In this document: piece after piece, positions 48,138 through 62,690 of the stretch
Layout of the letters: every line of letters begins with the position of its first letter
Position numbering within the stretch: position 1 is the first letter of the stretch
Origin: Girardia tigrina
Lineage: Eukaryota
Assembly: GCA_001938485.1 (NCBI GenBank)
Contig: MQRK01202104.1
Location: forward strand, 1 to 64,000
Direction of reading: 5' to 3'
Length of the DNA: 64,000 bases
Translations under genes and position numbers: made by a program
Notes under the pieces: model-generated
Seen by the model: only the letters and a program-made list of their open reading frames with translations
The model's database searches: none
What the model was told of the DNA's origin: nothing

Positions 48138-51100
48138 TAGATCTTAATTGGTCAAGAAGTTTCTAATTTAACCATAAAAATGTCATTAAAATATATTACA
48201 TCTGCTGTATTATGGGAACTTCTTAATGGTCCAGTAACGAATTTAATTGAATGGGAATATGAAAATTTTAACAGTTATATACACTTTTATGCTCTAGAGT
48301 TTCTTAAAAATTATATTTTCTTTGACGGAACTCTTCTTATATCTAAGTTAAATGAATATAAGTAATTTATAAATTTTTCGCTAATCTTATTTAGTCTTAC
48401 AGAAAAATGCACTTATTATTATGGGACAGAGTAAACATAAAATTAAATGAAACTGATATGATGTATCCGACTAAATAATAAATCGAATTTCATTATTTTA
48501 TTTCATTGCCAATTCGACAAAACATATGATATTGGATTATCAATCTAATAGGAAAGTTGAAACAAAACTTATATGTATAAAATTGAAGTTTTGAGTTTAA
48601 TGAGGTTATAAATTTAATGGAAAATATTAAGTGTGAGAATTTTGTTTTGCAATTTGAATTTTTATCAATTTGTTTTTGATTATAACCCTTCAAATTGAAT
48701 TGAAAGTTTTTTTTGTAACTTCAATTGAGACAAAACTAATATTTGAAATAATAAAAATATTAGCATCCCACTGAATTTTATAAACTCATCCTTACTTTAT
48801 TATGTGAATGAGTGAGAACTTTTCTTTTTCACAATTCTTTGGAAATGTACAAGAAAACTTAAAATTTTATGACAAAAGGTTATACTTCATTTCTCAAGGA
48901 TTTCTGAAGAAGAGAACATATTAAAGTTCCTGTATTAATAATATCATTAATTATTTCATCTAATTTGGTATTATTAAAATAAATATTATTATTATTATTG
49001 ATATTATTATTAGTTAATTTTAAATTAATTATGTTATGTAATTTGTTTTGTTAAATATATTTCTTTGAAGATTTAAATGATTACACTAATAAACTATATT
49101 TAATGTTGTAAGAACGCTTCAAATGAAGAATAGTTGCTATTATAAATAGAATGACATTAAAAATTACAATTACATTACAATTATAAATACATTTTATGTT
49201 TTATAAATCCCAAATGATTTATAAATAAAATCCCACGGTAAAAGATTTCATTAAAGATTTCGAAATGAACCAGAATTTCTAACAAAATGTATAGAATATT
49301 TAACATCATTTGTTGTAAAGCATTTTCCATTTTCATATTTTCCGTAAAATAAAAAAACAATTGTTTATTATACTGTTTTACAAAACTTGGTTTAACTCTT
49401 AATAGTAGGAATTAGAGTTTAAAAACTTTGTAGCCAGGATGGAATTAATTTTTTTTAAAAATATAAACATAATAAAATTAAGAAATATTTTATAAGATAA
49501 ATATATATTATAGCTTTTGCATAATTTATTTTCGACCATTATTTGATGTACATTTTTCGTGGACCATCATAGTGAACAACCGACCGGGCCTTGATTTGTG
49601 AGATTATAGTGGTCATTCGATTGCTAAGGGTTAAACATGTATATTCTCGTCTTATTTAGACTAATTTTAGAATAATGCATTGTAATGATTTTAATACGCC
49701 TTACAATCTAGCAACTTTTGATGTTTTCAAATATTCTTAGCACCAAAATCCTGCTCTCGTTGCGATTTTTTATGGTGATGAATAATATTTTATAATTTAA
49801 TTTGGAAATTTTATTAAATTTAACGTAATTAAATACAATTAGGCAAATAGTGCCATGCAAAAAACCCTAATTGTTGACAATTTCTGCTGGATTAAGTTCA
49901 TCTCAGAACGATACTTCTTCATTGATCGATTCACAATCAACAAAAATATCTATACATATAGAATCTTTCAGTAATCATCAAAAAGAGAATTTAAATGAAA
50001 TGAAATATGCACTTGTTAAATGAAACAATCATTAAATTAATTAATTAACCCTTGTTTCAATACAAAATAAGTCATCATAGATTTTATAATGTATTTTTGG
50101 ATTTAAATTTTATAAAAATAATGTTTTTAATTACTTTTTTGAATATTATTCTGCTCAAGTAGAATAAATTAGAAATAATATTTTTATTCGTTATCAAAAA
50201 TAAACAAAAGGAAAAATACAAATATTTTAAACTAACATAATTTGACAATTAATGATAAAATTTTGTGAAGCTTAAGTAAATCATTTTTATGACTAAAATG
50301 TTTTTTTATACGGTAAGTTGTGTTTATATCGTTTTCAATATTAGAACTTGAAGTCATGACCGTCAAAGTTTTTTATTAAAGATATCACACATAAATTAAA
50401 ACAAATTGTCATAACGTTTTCTTTAAAAACTTTCTTCATATGTTTTATAAAAAACGATATTCATTTTGCCAATTTCATTTATTTAGTTAAACCTTTTTCT
50501 CATTTTAAAATTTTGTGAAATTATTATAAATGTATTATTTTATATCATTTGAAATTAATATTTTAGAATGTGTTTATATTTTTTTACGTGGAATTCAAAC
50601 AGACATTTATTAATTTTTTCGGAATTTTGAATTACTTTTTTAATATTTATTTTATGAAACATTTTGAATTAGAAATACTTTAATTTTAAATTGCCTCTCT
50701 TCTTATAAATTTATATATGATTTTTGAATTTAGTTTATTTTTTTTAATTTTTCAAATTATAATATTAAATTTGAATTTTATAAATAAATTATTTGGCTAG
50801 ATGAATTGTTAACTAACTCCTCATACACACAATAGCCGTTAAAAGAATATATTGAAAATATTGATAACTATTAATTTCTTGAGCGTTTTGAACTATTCCC
50901 GATAGAACCTAAAACATTTTACTTTAAGAAAATTTCATCGAAATGTTATAATTCATATGATAGAAAGAATAAGTTATAAATACACTTTAATTAAATAGTA
51001 ATTTAATAGCGGAAAAGATATTAAAAACCAGAATGATTTTTATATAAATAAAATAAATAATATTTATCTTTCTAAAGATGTAAAATTAGTTACAAATTAT

Positions 51101-51869
51101 TTATTTATATTCTTTTCAAAAATATTGATCGATATTTAACTCCATATGTTACTAATAAGTAATACTAAAAATTAAAAGATTATATAAAAAGACTAACAAA
51201 TAAAATACAATATGGAATGGAATTTAATTACATATTGACCACTTTAAATAAAAGTATTTTGAAAGTTTATTTTTAAAGTTTAATAATGCGGCAGAGTTTG
51301 AAAAGCAGAAATGATTTCATATGATACAAAATCAAAAGATTTAAGTTATAGGTGTTACAAAATAAAGTGAGATTTTTTCAAATTGAATTGAGACAAAAAA
51401 TAAATTTTAGAAATATATTTAAATTCAGTTATTACCAATACTAAAAATTTATTCTCTATACAAAATACAAAATAAATAAATTTTCAAAGATTGGAAATTC
51501 ATACTCTTATAATGTTTTAAAGGTCTACGTGTATGTTGACCCCACAAAAGCAGCCCGACAAAAGGGCTCAGGAACAAAAAATTAAAACCAATTTAAATTC
51601 TTACAAATAGTATTATTATTTATTTCATTATTTTTTAAATCGCCAATAATATAAGACATTTTGATTTTTTATAAGAATATAATTTAAATTATTAAAGCGC
51701 TCTGACAAAATTAAAATTTTAAAAAGATATCATGAAAAACACTAAGATTAAAAATTAAGAAATTAAAAGAAATTCTTTAAATATTGATTGAGTAAAAACA
51801 CAATTTAAATTCTTAAAGATAATATCAGTTAGTTACGAAACATGGAAAAAATAACTTCACAGAAGCATC

Positions 51870-52285
51870 AAGAAATATGATTGAACGAAGGTTTTCGCTA
51901 ACGACTTGCTCGTAAAAATAATGACGATTCCGAACCATCGAGATACATTAAATAAACTGTGGTAGTCGCCTAAGATTAGTTAATAATGGTGAACATTATC
52001 ATGAACCAAAGCCAAATTATATAAACGAAGCATTGCAAAGTGTACATATCATATGAGAACTTGCTAGGAATACTTTTGAAAAGCCTAGGCAAATTTATGA
52101 AAGAGCGACAAATTGTGTTTCTCTAGAAGCAGCGGTTTTCTTGCTGGTTTATACATGAGTTCGAAGAAATGTAGAACGGTAACGATAGATTGCCCATAAT
52201 CCTTATGCGACTCAGAAAACTATTGCGGATATCGTACTTCCTGATGATTTAAAAGTGTCAACTAGAAATAAAAATTTTCTACAAA
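51870..52285 (+). pseudogene. MULE/FLYWCH-type transposase remnant
   Basis: Fragments GEHYHEP and IVLPDDLKVSTRNKNFL; heavily decayed. Confidence 0.45.
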
Positions 52286-53149
52286 AAAAATTAATATATA
52301 TCATCCAATATTATATAAATAATAATAATAAAATAAAAGGAATGATAAATAAAATAAAGATAATAACGAGATTAATAGTTTTTTTATTTTCATTTTAATA
52401 TTTTTTAAAGCATTTTAAACCTTTTAATAAAATAATTTCTTTAATCTACATAGTTGAAAATTTGAAATTACATTTTCACATAAAATCAAAATATTACGTA
52501 TTAGATTATAAATTAACCTGAAAAAAATGAGGATAAATCTAAACTATTATACAATACGAGATTGAATTAAATAATAAGATTTAAGTCATAAAATCATTAT
52601 TAAAAAAAAGAATAAAGTAATAAACAAATAAACGAATATAGAAACATAATTGAAATAAAACAATAAATAAAAAGCAAATAATAAAGATAGTCATATTTAA
52701 GTTAAATCAAACATTTTAATAAATACCCAACAAAATAAAAAAATAAAACAAACAACAATTTTTAAATATTTATTATTTGTTACGGTTTGCATATATCTTA
52801 GCGTCTTTTTTCGATGGAGTCATTGATCATTCATGGTACCCGTGACCTTTCTATAACCCTGCCACAATGATACTTGCAGTTGTCAATTTGTGTTTCACCA
52901 CTTTCAATAACGACACCTGACCCACCAAAGTTTTTGGCACTCCCTTGATGGAATTTTTCGATAATAATAGAGCCAGGCGGAAATTATTTCTGTAGATACT
53001 ATTCTCCAATTTGCAAATGTTCCAATAAGTATCTTGTTCATGCAAATTAATAAGTCAGAATGATCGTGGTTGTTGTTTCCAACCTTTTTGACACATACAT
53101 GATCATTAAATAAATAAAAAGTATATAATTAGTTAGATATAATGTCTTT

Positions 53150-53800
53150 TATCGCTTTTTGAAATTTACGAGATTCATTAAGTCCCTTTTGTCTAATAAG
53201 GTCAAGCAGATTTTGGAGAATCATTTCCAGATAAATATTGATATTATAAAAATTTGAATAAGATTAAATAAAATGTCAACTTTGAAATCTCAATATTTTA
53301 TAACATTGGTAAAGCTAATGATTTTGTTTATTGTGTAACATTTTATTTTTATCCTTGTTAGGTTAATTTATAATAAATTATGTAATATTTTATTATTTGA
53401 GATAGCATTCGAAATCGTTTTGTTAAACCCTTACATGTAAAATCCTTTAATGAAAATTGTTTTAGACATTCGTAAACTTCAGGATGCCCATCGTGGACTA
53501 AATGTGCAACGAATTTTCAATGTTTTGACACCAAGATCTTTACAAATGGTATTTAAGTCTTGCTAAATTTTAGGAGATTAGTGATGAAAATATATAATTT
53601 ATCAAGAAATATTTTTAAATGATTAACTTCTTCAATATTTTTGATCACATCGTCAAATGATACTTGTAAATGATACGCTTCGCTATATCATATTGCAACG
53701 TTAGGAAATTTTTGTAAAAGTTTAATTGCCACTTCGTATTTCATTTTTAACAATACACCAGCTTCATCAGAACAAATTGAAATTAAATGATTTATTAAAA
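53150..53800 (-). pseudogene. hAT-family (ZNF862/KIAA1586-like) transposase remnant
   Basis: Fragments LISICSDEAGVLL, LLQKFPNVAI..EAYHLQ and FSPRWAS. Confidence 0.5.
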
Positions 53801-56672
53801 ATAAATTTATCATTAAATTCATACGAATTTCAAGTATTAATTTAAAGCTCGTTAACATCCCTTGTAATCCCCCTTGTAATGCTTTATAACAAAATCAGAA
53901 ATCTCCCTTTCAAATGACATAAAGTAGAGATAACAACCCCCCTTTCTGAAACGGTCGTTTACTACTGTAGAAATGCTGTTACAGGGATTTTTACAGCCAT
54001 TTGTATCATGAAACTTTATGATTTGTAACAATTACTGACTAGTACTGATGTGTTTTGAATATCACTACTCCCTTTCTGACTTCATAAAATCACAATTATA
54101 TTCCGAATTATCCGTATCAACGAACTCAACATTGGTAGGATAAGGCAATAATTTATTAGGATTATTCAGAAAGTGCGGCATGTAACTCAATAGGTACCCC
54201 TCCCCTCTCCCCTTTGAGTGTGCTAAATATTTCATGAATGGCTGCCAAAAAAATAATATTTACAGACATTAATTATTATAGAACATTTTTCGAAATATGT
54301 CAAACTGATAATTCTAGTTCACAGTTATTTTTAATTTGCCGTTACACTAAATCTAATCAATTAAACTGTGATTCAATGTTTTAATTAATTTTAATTGTTT
54401 TGTGTTGTTTTTAAATAAATAGTATTTACAAGCTATCAAGACTAAAATAAAACAAACTACATTTTCAGGTACAGTTAATCTGTTTTACGGTACCAGCGAT
54501 TGTGTTGTGATCGGAAAGGCCACAAACTATGAGATTACAAATTAGCAGCTGCACCGATACATAATGCCCCGCTACTATTAGGGCTAAATCATGCTTTATT
54601 TGCCATGAAAATGATAATTTTTGCGTCACGTGGCCACGACGCTATCAGACTTTGGGAATGAATAAAGGGTTCTCCCTGCTGAGCGAGTTGGGTGACTGCG
54701 AGGCATGGCGCGCAACTACCGATAGCTGTGGAGTGCATTGGGAAGTGGATGGTGAGGGTACTGGATGACACTAGATACTGACGACGATGATAGAGCAGGA
54801 TGTGGTGCAATCGAACCATGTGGAGCTGGTTTCCGAGAAGCCACAGCATTAACGGAAAGTGAAAAATAAGAGTTGATGATTGGAGACTGTAAGTAGCGTT
54901 TATGCCACTTTCAGTATTATCGAATTCCGAAATCATAATTTAACACCACAAAATTTATTAATATCAACAATTCACAATATAAGCAAATATATAAGCAAAT
55001 TTCGCCCAAAATTAATTCATTAAATTTTTTCGATTAAATTTTGAAATTTTACTAATTAATTTATTTGTAATTAATTTTTAACTGATTAATTTACAATAAA
55101 CCTTTTTTAATTTACAATAAACCCTTTTATTAAAAAAATATTTCTTAAAATATTAATCCGCTAATTATTTATTTTAAAATTTATTCAAACTTATTTCATA
55201 AATTTTATTAAAATATATCAATTGTTATTACTGTAAGCATATTTTAAATAAGTATGCAGAGATAAAATACTTATTTATTTATCAAATTTTTGCTCTACAT
55301 TTTAGTTTTTTAACTTATTTCTTTTAAATTTTCAAATCAAAAATAATAAACTATTTTGGCGAAACTTAAATTTAAACTAACCCCTTATAGAGACGATGTG
55401 ATTGTCAAGCCTGTCCCACCATACAATTGTTCGACAGAGTAGAAACGAGCACCCGTGACATAAGTGTAATTACATGGTATGTAGTTGGCTGAATGCTGTA
55501 TCGCATCAACTACGTTCGCCGGGTGCCCATGACTACGACGGTACAAGTAAAGCCGTAAGATGACAAAATGGAAGTAATTCAGCTTAAGTAGTTTACATCG
55601 GACAGTGACAACTTAGTGGAAACGGAGCACGACAATATCAACATCTCCCGTAATAGGTAATCCGGGGGTTACCTTGTCGATTAGAGCATGGACCAGCAAG
55701 ATTCGAAGACTATGTGTGCGCGAGCAAGGTTTCGTGAGTTTATGACAATCTCGGACTGTGTATGTTGTTTACCTTGAGAGCGAAGAACGTGTGATTCACT
55801 GTTTTCATTAACTGTTATTATTCATGTTATTTTTAAATAAATCGTGTTTACAGAAACACGATTTTCGATTTCTGATTGCTAAGGTTAAAACAATGTTAGA
55901 AATTTTGATAAATACAAAAACATTATTTTCATTTGTTTTATCAATTAAATTTTTTTTCTTGATTTATTTTAGTTATTTTATTATCAACAACAGATTTATT
56001 GTATTACTGTCTTAACTTTAATATTTCCACTAGGTTTTATTGTCATTTCTACTTATAAATTTCTATTTTTTTATAAATGGTCACATTTTTAATAATTATG
56101 TATTTATTAAGAACAATGATATGGTTTTCTACACAATTATTTTTATCAAAGTTTGGATTTTAGACGGACATCATAAGATGGACATCTTTCATTTCATACA
56201 ATACAAAACTTTGTAAACAATTGAAGTTCTTAACACTAAATATGAAAATATTCAATTTCAATGAAATAACACCGAAACTTAAAAATTATATTTATTATCA
56301 AAATGTTAGAAAATATTTATTGCTACTATTATTTTGATAAAGACGTTTAGGAAAGAGTTAAGTGATTTTTATTCACCGTACTATGAATAAAAGTATACCG
56401 AACAGAAAATTTAAAAAAGTAATTTGTAATTTTTATAATTAAGTGCATGAAAACATGTTATACACCAAGAATCATTTCTAAAACGGAAATGGATAGCTAA
56501 TTCGTTTAGTATATAAAACAAACAAAATTGGAATGCGACAATCCAGTCCTGATCGGAATGGTTGTGAATGTTAAATTTAAAGGACGTTACAAAAATGTAA
56601 TGGATTTTAAATTTTTAATTCTCCAAAAATATTTGCATAAAATTTATATTTTTGAAAAAGAATTATATCACT

Positions 56673-56677
<5 letters not shown>

Positions 56678-56724
<47 letters not shown>

Positions 56725-56774
56725 NNNNNNNNNNNNNNNNNNNNNNNNNNNNNNNNNNNNNNNNNNNNNNNNNN

Positions 56775-56818
<44 letters not shown>
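56678..56818. repeat. (TA)n microsatellite spanning a gap
   Basis: Direct observation; N run at 56725-56774. Confidence 0.9.
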
Positions 56819-56819
<1 letters not shown>

Positions 56820-56820
<1 letters not shown>

Positions 56821-57366
56821 ATGAAGGTCAAGAAAGTGTGGTTCCTTCAAAAAGGAAGAAGAAAACCATCAGCCAGACTGTATATCGTGATGAGATGTAT
56901 CCCTTGATGTTTAGAGATATCAGTGATGTAATGGGTGCTGAAGAATGAATTTGGCAACAAGACTGGGTGAACCATCATACGGCTACGGTTACAGTTAATC
57001 GGTTAGAGAAGAACACACCTCAGTTCATCAGGCCTTCTGAGTGGTCATCGAAAAGTCCCGACCTGGATGTCATGGACAACAACATTGGGGAATTTTTCTT
57101 CAACACTCCAGCGATATTACCACGGTTGATGTACTTAAAAGTACTTTTACTATTTTCATGGCAGAATATCGACATGGAAGTTTTTCTCAAGGCCATAACT
57201 TCTTGGATTCCACGTCTTTGAAAGTGTTGCAGAAATCAAGGAATACATTTTAATATCTGTGAACAGTAAATTTATTTATATAAATATAATTGTTCGTCTT
57301 TATCACGTGTTTAATTAAATACACTTTTGTTTCATAAAATCCTTTGGTTTTCTACTGGGCACCCTG
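56820..57366 (+). mobile_element. maT (DD37D) element, 3' part
   Basis: WQQD...SPDLDVMD with 37 residues between the two Asp; ends GGGCACCCTG|TA. Confidence 0.78.
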
Positions 57367-58693
57367 TAGAATAGGCAAAAATTGAGATATAATAAATTAT
57401 TATATTTAAACTAAAAATAAAAATAATGTTATTTGAAAGTCCTAGTGAATAACTTTATTAGCTACTTTAATAAAATACTTCACTATCAACTAGTTATAGT
57501 AAAATACTTAAGTATTATTACCGAAATGTTAAATATGTAAAATATAAGGTCAGATGTTACAAAATGATTAATATTTATTTAAATAATAACAAAGAATGAC
57601 TTTCGAAAGTCACACTTTTCTCTCGATTTATTCAATCAATTAAAATATGTTTATATATATATTAAAGAAAACTCATTTAAAGACATTTCCAATTTCATCA
57701 TTAAGTCCAATTTCATTTTGATTTTAGGATTTTTTTTTTGTATTTTTAGGTTTACATAATTATTTTATAAGAATTTTAAATTAAAAATTTTTTAAAATTA
57801 TTCACATTAAATCTTCAAAATCTGAAATTCAATCAATGCAAACCGACTAACTGAAGGTAATTCTGTGTTTGAGTTCACATATATTTTGATGTTAATTAAA
57901 ATCAAGTGGAATATAAAAATTAAGATAAATTTTTATTTATTCACACTAATTATTTAATTTTTTAACCTAATTTACTTTATTTTTTCCTTTTTCAATGGCA
58001 TAACAAATGGTGGAATGATTATTTTTATTAATTATCAAACGCATCTTGTTACTGCAAAAAAAATTTGGAAAACTCGACTCGAAATAACATGTGTTGCCGA
58101 AACTCCTCGATCCCAAAGAGTTTTTGCGATCTAATTTTCTTTCATATCCACGACGATTTTCGGTAGATTTTCCGACAATTGAATGGACCACCGAACAATC
58201 TGTTCGCTTAAACAAATCTTAATTATCGTTATTTCGTCATTGACACGGATCCAAATCCACGAATCCCTGTGAGCGCTGCCCGGCATCATTACTTTCTGCC
58301 GGTTCGGAGACACTCCGGATAACTTAAAGAAAGCTTAACTTAAAATAAGCTGTTTTTTTTGTTGGTCCTGACGTGCTAGATCGTTATCTATCCTGATAAT
58401 CGGAAAGATTTATCCCAAATGTAAACATTATTTCGGAACAGAGGGAGTATGATAAATTAAAATTAATATAAAATTTAGGATAATAATTGAAACAAAATTA
58501 ATTAAAGATTTGGCGAAATGAAAAACTAATTTAATGAAAATTTGTTTGAAAATGTATATTTGTTTTATTAATAAACTTTTGTGTTAAATATAAATTCGGA
58601 TTCTGAAATATCAAATAAAGACAATACCATAAATGCGACAAACAATTGTGCTGTATTACAATTTCACAGAAAAAAAAATAATTATCATTTTAC

Positions 58694-58865
58694 CTTTACA
58701 AGAAAGAATGTTATTCCGTAAGTTTTCAAACTGCGGCACATGAGACAATACCTTTCTCTGGCTTCAACTTCTGAAAGATCTTTCATTTTTGCATGATACG
58801 AGTACACTTTTTTTTCTACAGTTTTAGGATTTCTTTGGTATTCTTTTGGAAGGTATTCGCGTAAG
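58694..58865 (-). CDS. TLN: Talin exon 4 (F2-F3)
   Basis: DLREYLPKEY...SEVEARERYCLMCRSLKTYGITFFLVK; TAG/GT; 172 nt. Confidence 0.95.
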
Positions 58866-60429
58866 CTAAATGCACATTGAATTAATCAATGGTATAAATT
58901 ACTTGTTACATATTCTAAAATGTAATTTAATAAAATCATATATTATTATAATAAATTAGTACTATTATAAATTTACTTTATAAAGCTACCGAGGAATTAA
59001 TTATATGAAATTTTAACTGGATAATCTGAAGTTTGTTTCAAAATAGTTTATCTTGATTGGGACTCATTAAGATTACTATGTTTCGGTACTTTTCAATTTT
59101 ATATCTATTGTTAATCGTATTATCTATCATTCTCGCCGTTATATGTTGCAAATTTCAATTTTTCCTTTAAAAATGCAAATTTTTTACTAGTAATATTGTG
59201 TACGAGTTCAATTGAATTGACTTCTAAGTGTTTTATAAATTATTATTAACTTTACTTAACATAACGAATAGCTACGAATTGAGATCCCAATCTAAATAGT
59301 TTTCTAACTATTCAAAAGAATCACAAATGATTATTAATCAGTAGTGTTTTAATAATGCATTTGAATAAATTAATTTAAAACATGAATTAAACAATAATTT
59401 CTTGTTCCGTTTAGAAATCTTGTTAATGAAAAGCAAAGCATTTATATGGCATTTCTGTTTGGGCAAATTAATGAGGTTGAGAAACGTCACCGAAAGAATT
59501 AGAGTATTTTCTTGTCAAAGATTTTGGAACTTCGAATGAAGTTAAAAGTTACAAGTAAGACATGTGGTCATGCGATCTATGGCATTTTTTTCCTCGAGAA
59601 TAGTTGCTGACATATCTCTTTAGGTGATTGTGAAAAAAAACACTCTTAATTATTAATAAGGAGAATACCAGAAATCAATAGTAAGCCGAAGTAAAATATT
59701 AATAACGACACAAAGTAGAGCTTGGATGGGATTTTGGTTGTAGCGTATATTTCTGAGACCGTTAAGGAAAATTGCCAAAAATAAAATATTTTAATCGCCG
59801 TACAGAGTATAAAGAAATAATTAAATAAAATATTTTATTTAATTTTATTGAGATTATTTTATATAATTTTTCTATATTAATTGAAAATTTTTAATATTGA
59901 GATTGCTTTAATTTTCCTATTTTGAATATTAATCAATAGATTATAGTGTGTAATTAGCATAATGTTATCGTGGTCCTCAGTACGGGTGTAGGTACTCAAG
60001 GATTGGAACCCCAACTGATTGTATCCGCTTTTCTCGTCATTAATAATTTTTGATCGATCAAATTTAGAAACGTAAAAGTCGAATCGTTGTCTTGTTGGAC
60101 CAATTGAAACGAAATATAAATCGAATTGAAAGACGATTTATATTTCGAGTCCCAGTTTATTTTATCGATTAATTTGTCACTCATTTATCAATTTCAATAA
60201 ATAAACTCATGATAAAAACATTTATTTAATAAAATGTGCTTACAACTGTAGTGAACAAAAAATTAAATATTACTATTTATATATATATTAAAATTTAATA
60301 TTCATAGTTATAAAAAATAAGTTCAGAAGACGCAACTCGTAAAAAAACTGATTAGAATTTGTGATAAAAAAAACAATTTATTTTACCGAACCACTTTTTG
60401 TAGTTAAATAATACATAAATTCGAATGTC

Positions 60430-60944
60430 CATGGTTTTTGATTTTTATTGTGCTATTGATCGATTTTATAACACCGATTTGGAATAATGACGATTTGGAT
60501 GATTCCTACACGCAATTTCGTGAAAGTTTTTATGAAAATACTAATTTATTTAATAAATGACCATTTATATCACTTATTTACTAATTATATTTCTAAAAAT
60601 CAATTTAGGTTAAATTTGCAAAATTTCGTTATCATCTGATTCACGGTTTGTCGGTCAAGCTCAAGTTTTACTATGATCATATATATGCTCATAAAATGAG
60701 AAATATTGAAGGAAAAGTGAGTGAATCCGCGTAAAGTTGAGATAGCTCTGCATAGTCCGCATTGAGACGGTTCTGTCTGTACAGCGCCTTTGCCGAAAGG
60801 TACTGGGAGCCGATTTATTTGACTGACTGTTAAATTAACACAGAATTCAAAACAATTAATAATAAAGTATAATAATTACGATTTAAAAAACTTTGAAAGT
60901 CAAAAATTCAGCTCATCCGTCATATATGACGGATATTTTTCTAG
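60430..60944 (+). mobile_element. Non-autonomous Helitron (family of 17637), plus orientation
   Basis: Hairpin ATCCGTCATATATGACGGAT and CTAG|T at 60941-60945. Confidence 0.8.
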
Positions 60945-61494
60945 TTTAATACATATTGTCCGAGTGATCTCAATATCAAAAGTACTCAAAATATCCATCT
61001 TCCATCTAAGAAAGAGACAATACCAAAGCAACATACTGAATACAACATAAAGTAAACACAATTAGAAAATATGCCTCATAATTTCATTTAATTATTTCTT
61101 TATTCTCTGTACTTTTAGTTATTGTATTTTCTAAAGAACAAAATATTTAATTGCTCATAATGATCAATAAGGATCGAAACATGTCAAACGGTAGTTTTTT
61201 TAAAAAGACTGTCAAATATCTGTATTTATTGTTTAGAGTAATTGTGTTATAACTAATTATACGCTGTAATGATTATTTACTTTCTTCTTAGACTTTCAAA
61301 TCTTTGATTTTTGTAAATACGAAAGTAGAATTAAGATTTTACATATTTATAACAAAGAAATTAAAAATTCATGTTATATTTAGTCTGGACAGGATTATTC
61401 GGTTAAAATTTTGTTAAATAATGTCTGGTTGAAAAACTTAACTAAATGTGTTAATTTGAGAAAAATAGTTTTTATAAACAAAAAGTTTAAATAC

Positions 61495-61622
61495 TCTAAA
61501 AAGCCCGGTTTAAATTTTTCTGGTGAGTAGTTCCCAAGTTGAACTTGACATTGTATACCAGCTAATTCAACAGCTTCAGAATATGTTACGGGATGAGTTC
61601 CATTAACGACAGCATCTTTCAA
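61495..61622 (-). CDS. TLN: Talin exon 3 (F2)
   Basis: LKDAVVNGTHPVTYSEAVELAGIQCQVQLGNYSPEKFKPGFL; TAG/GT; 128 nt. Confidence 0.95.
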
Positions 61623-61689
61623 CTAAAAATATATTAAAAGAAAGAAAGGAAAATCATTATGGTCAATTTGATATTAGAAAATGTATTAC

Positions 61690-61832
61690 TTGTTCATAAA
61701 GAAGACTAAGTTGAATAGGATCTCGTGAATCGACATTCATGTCAGAAAAGAAATATTTTCGTTTTAAAAGTAAAACTTCCGATTCTTCTATGCCTTGTAA
61801 ACGCAAACTTTGTGATGGATTCAACCAATTTA
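61690..61832 (-). CDS. TLN: Talin exon 2 (F1-F2)
   Basis: LNWLNPSQSLRLQGIEESEVLLLKRKYFFSDMNVDSRDPIQLSLLYEQ; CAG/GT; 143 nt. Confidence 0.95.
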
Positions 61833-62189
61833 CTGAAAATAATGAAATAAAAATACATAATACAATATAAAATATTCTCTTTCATTCAAATTAATAAAAT
61901 GTCAATTTGATATTAAAATAACGATGGAATTGGAAAAAATATAAATAAAGAGTTTTAATTACAAATGAACGATAAATTATTTATTTGTTTATTAATTTTC
62001 TTGTTAAAAAGTAAATAAAACAATAGAAGTGTACAATTAATTAAATAAAAAAATGTTTACAGTTTAAAAAATAAAAATCGGTTTCATAAAATTTTAAAGA
62101 TAAAATACAATGAAAATATTTATAAATCACAATACATTAACATATATTACAAATTTTTGAAATTTAATTTAATTTTTTTTGAAATACAA

Positions 62190-62690
62190 TGGATGCAGCG
62201 ATGAAAACGGAATTCTTTTATTTACGATAGATCAGTTTTGTCAGAGCTAAAGAACGCCAAAACATGATATATGGACGTAACTTTTAAGGTTTCTCCAAGG
62301 AACTACACCCAATTGTTTACCATCCACGGGTTTAAAAATTAATTTTTAAATTATAACTAAAAAATTTTATAAAATTTTATCCTAAAACTAATTAAATAAA
62401 ATTTACCCTAAGCCTTTTATTTAAAAAAAATATTTTTTTTAAATATTATAAAGTTTAATCCGTTTATCATTTATTTTAAAATTCTTATTTCAAAACTTTT
62501 ATTGAAATATATCAATTTTTTATGACTGTAAACATATTTTTTATTTTTATAAGTATTTAATTTTTTATTGTTTTCTTTATAATATCATTTTTAATTTTAA
62601 AACTTTTTGTAATTATTTCACTTTTTAAAACTTTTAAATTAAAATTTTTTTTTAAATTTTGGCGAAGTGTAAATTTAAACTAACTCATAC
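62190..62690 (+). pseudogene. MULE catalytic-domain fragment and terminus
   Basis: KT*YMDVTFKVSPRNYTQLFTIHG, resembling W.MDGTFK..P..F.QL.TIH; terminal motif TTTTGGCGAA..AAATTTAAACTAAC is shared with 55355-55382. Confidence 0.7.

Noticed and set aside
55535-55580. Twister ribozyme-like ACGGTACAAG...CCGT
   Set aside because: The flanking P1/P2 helices and pseudoknot partners could not be built.
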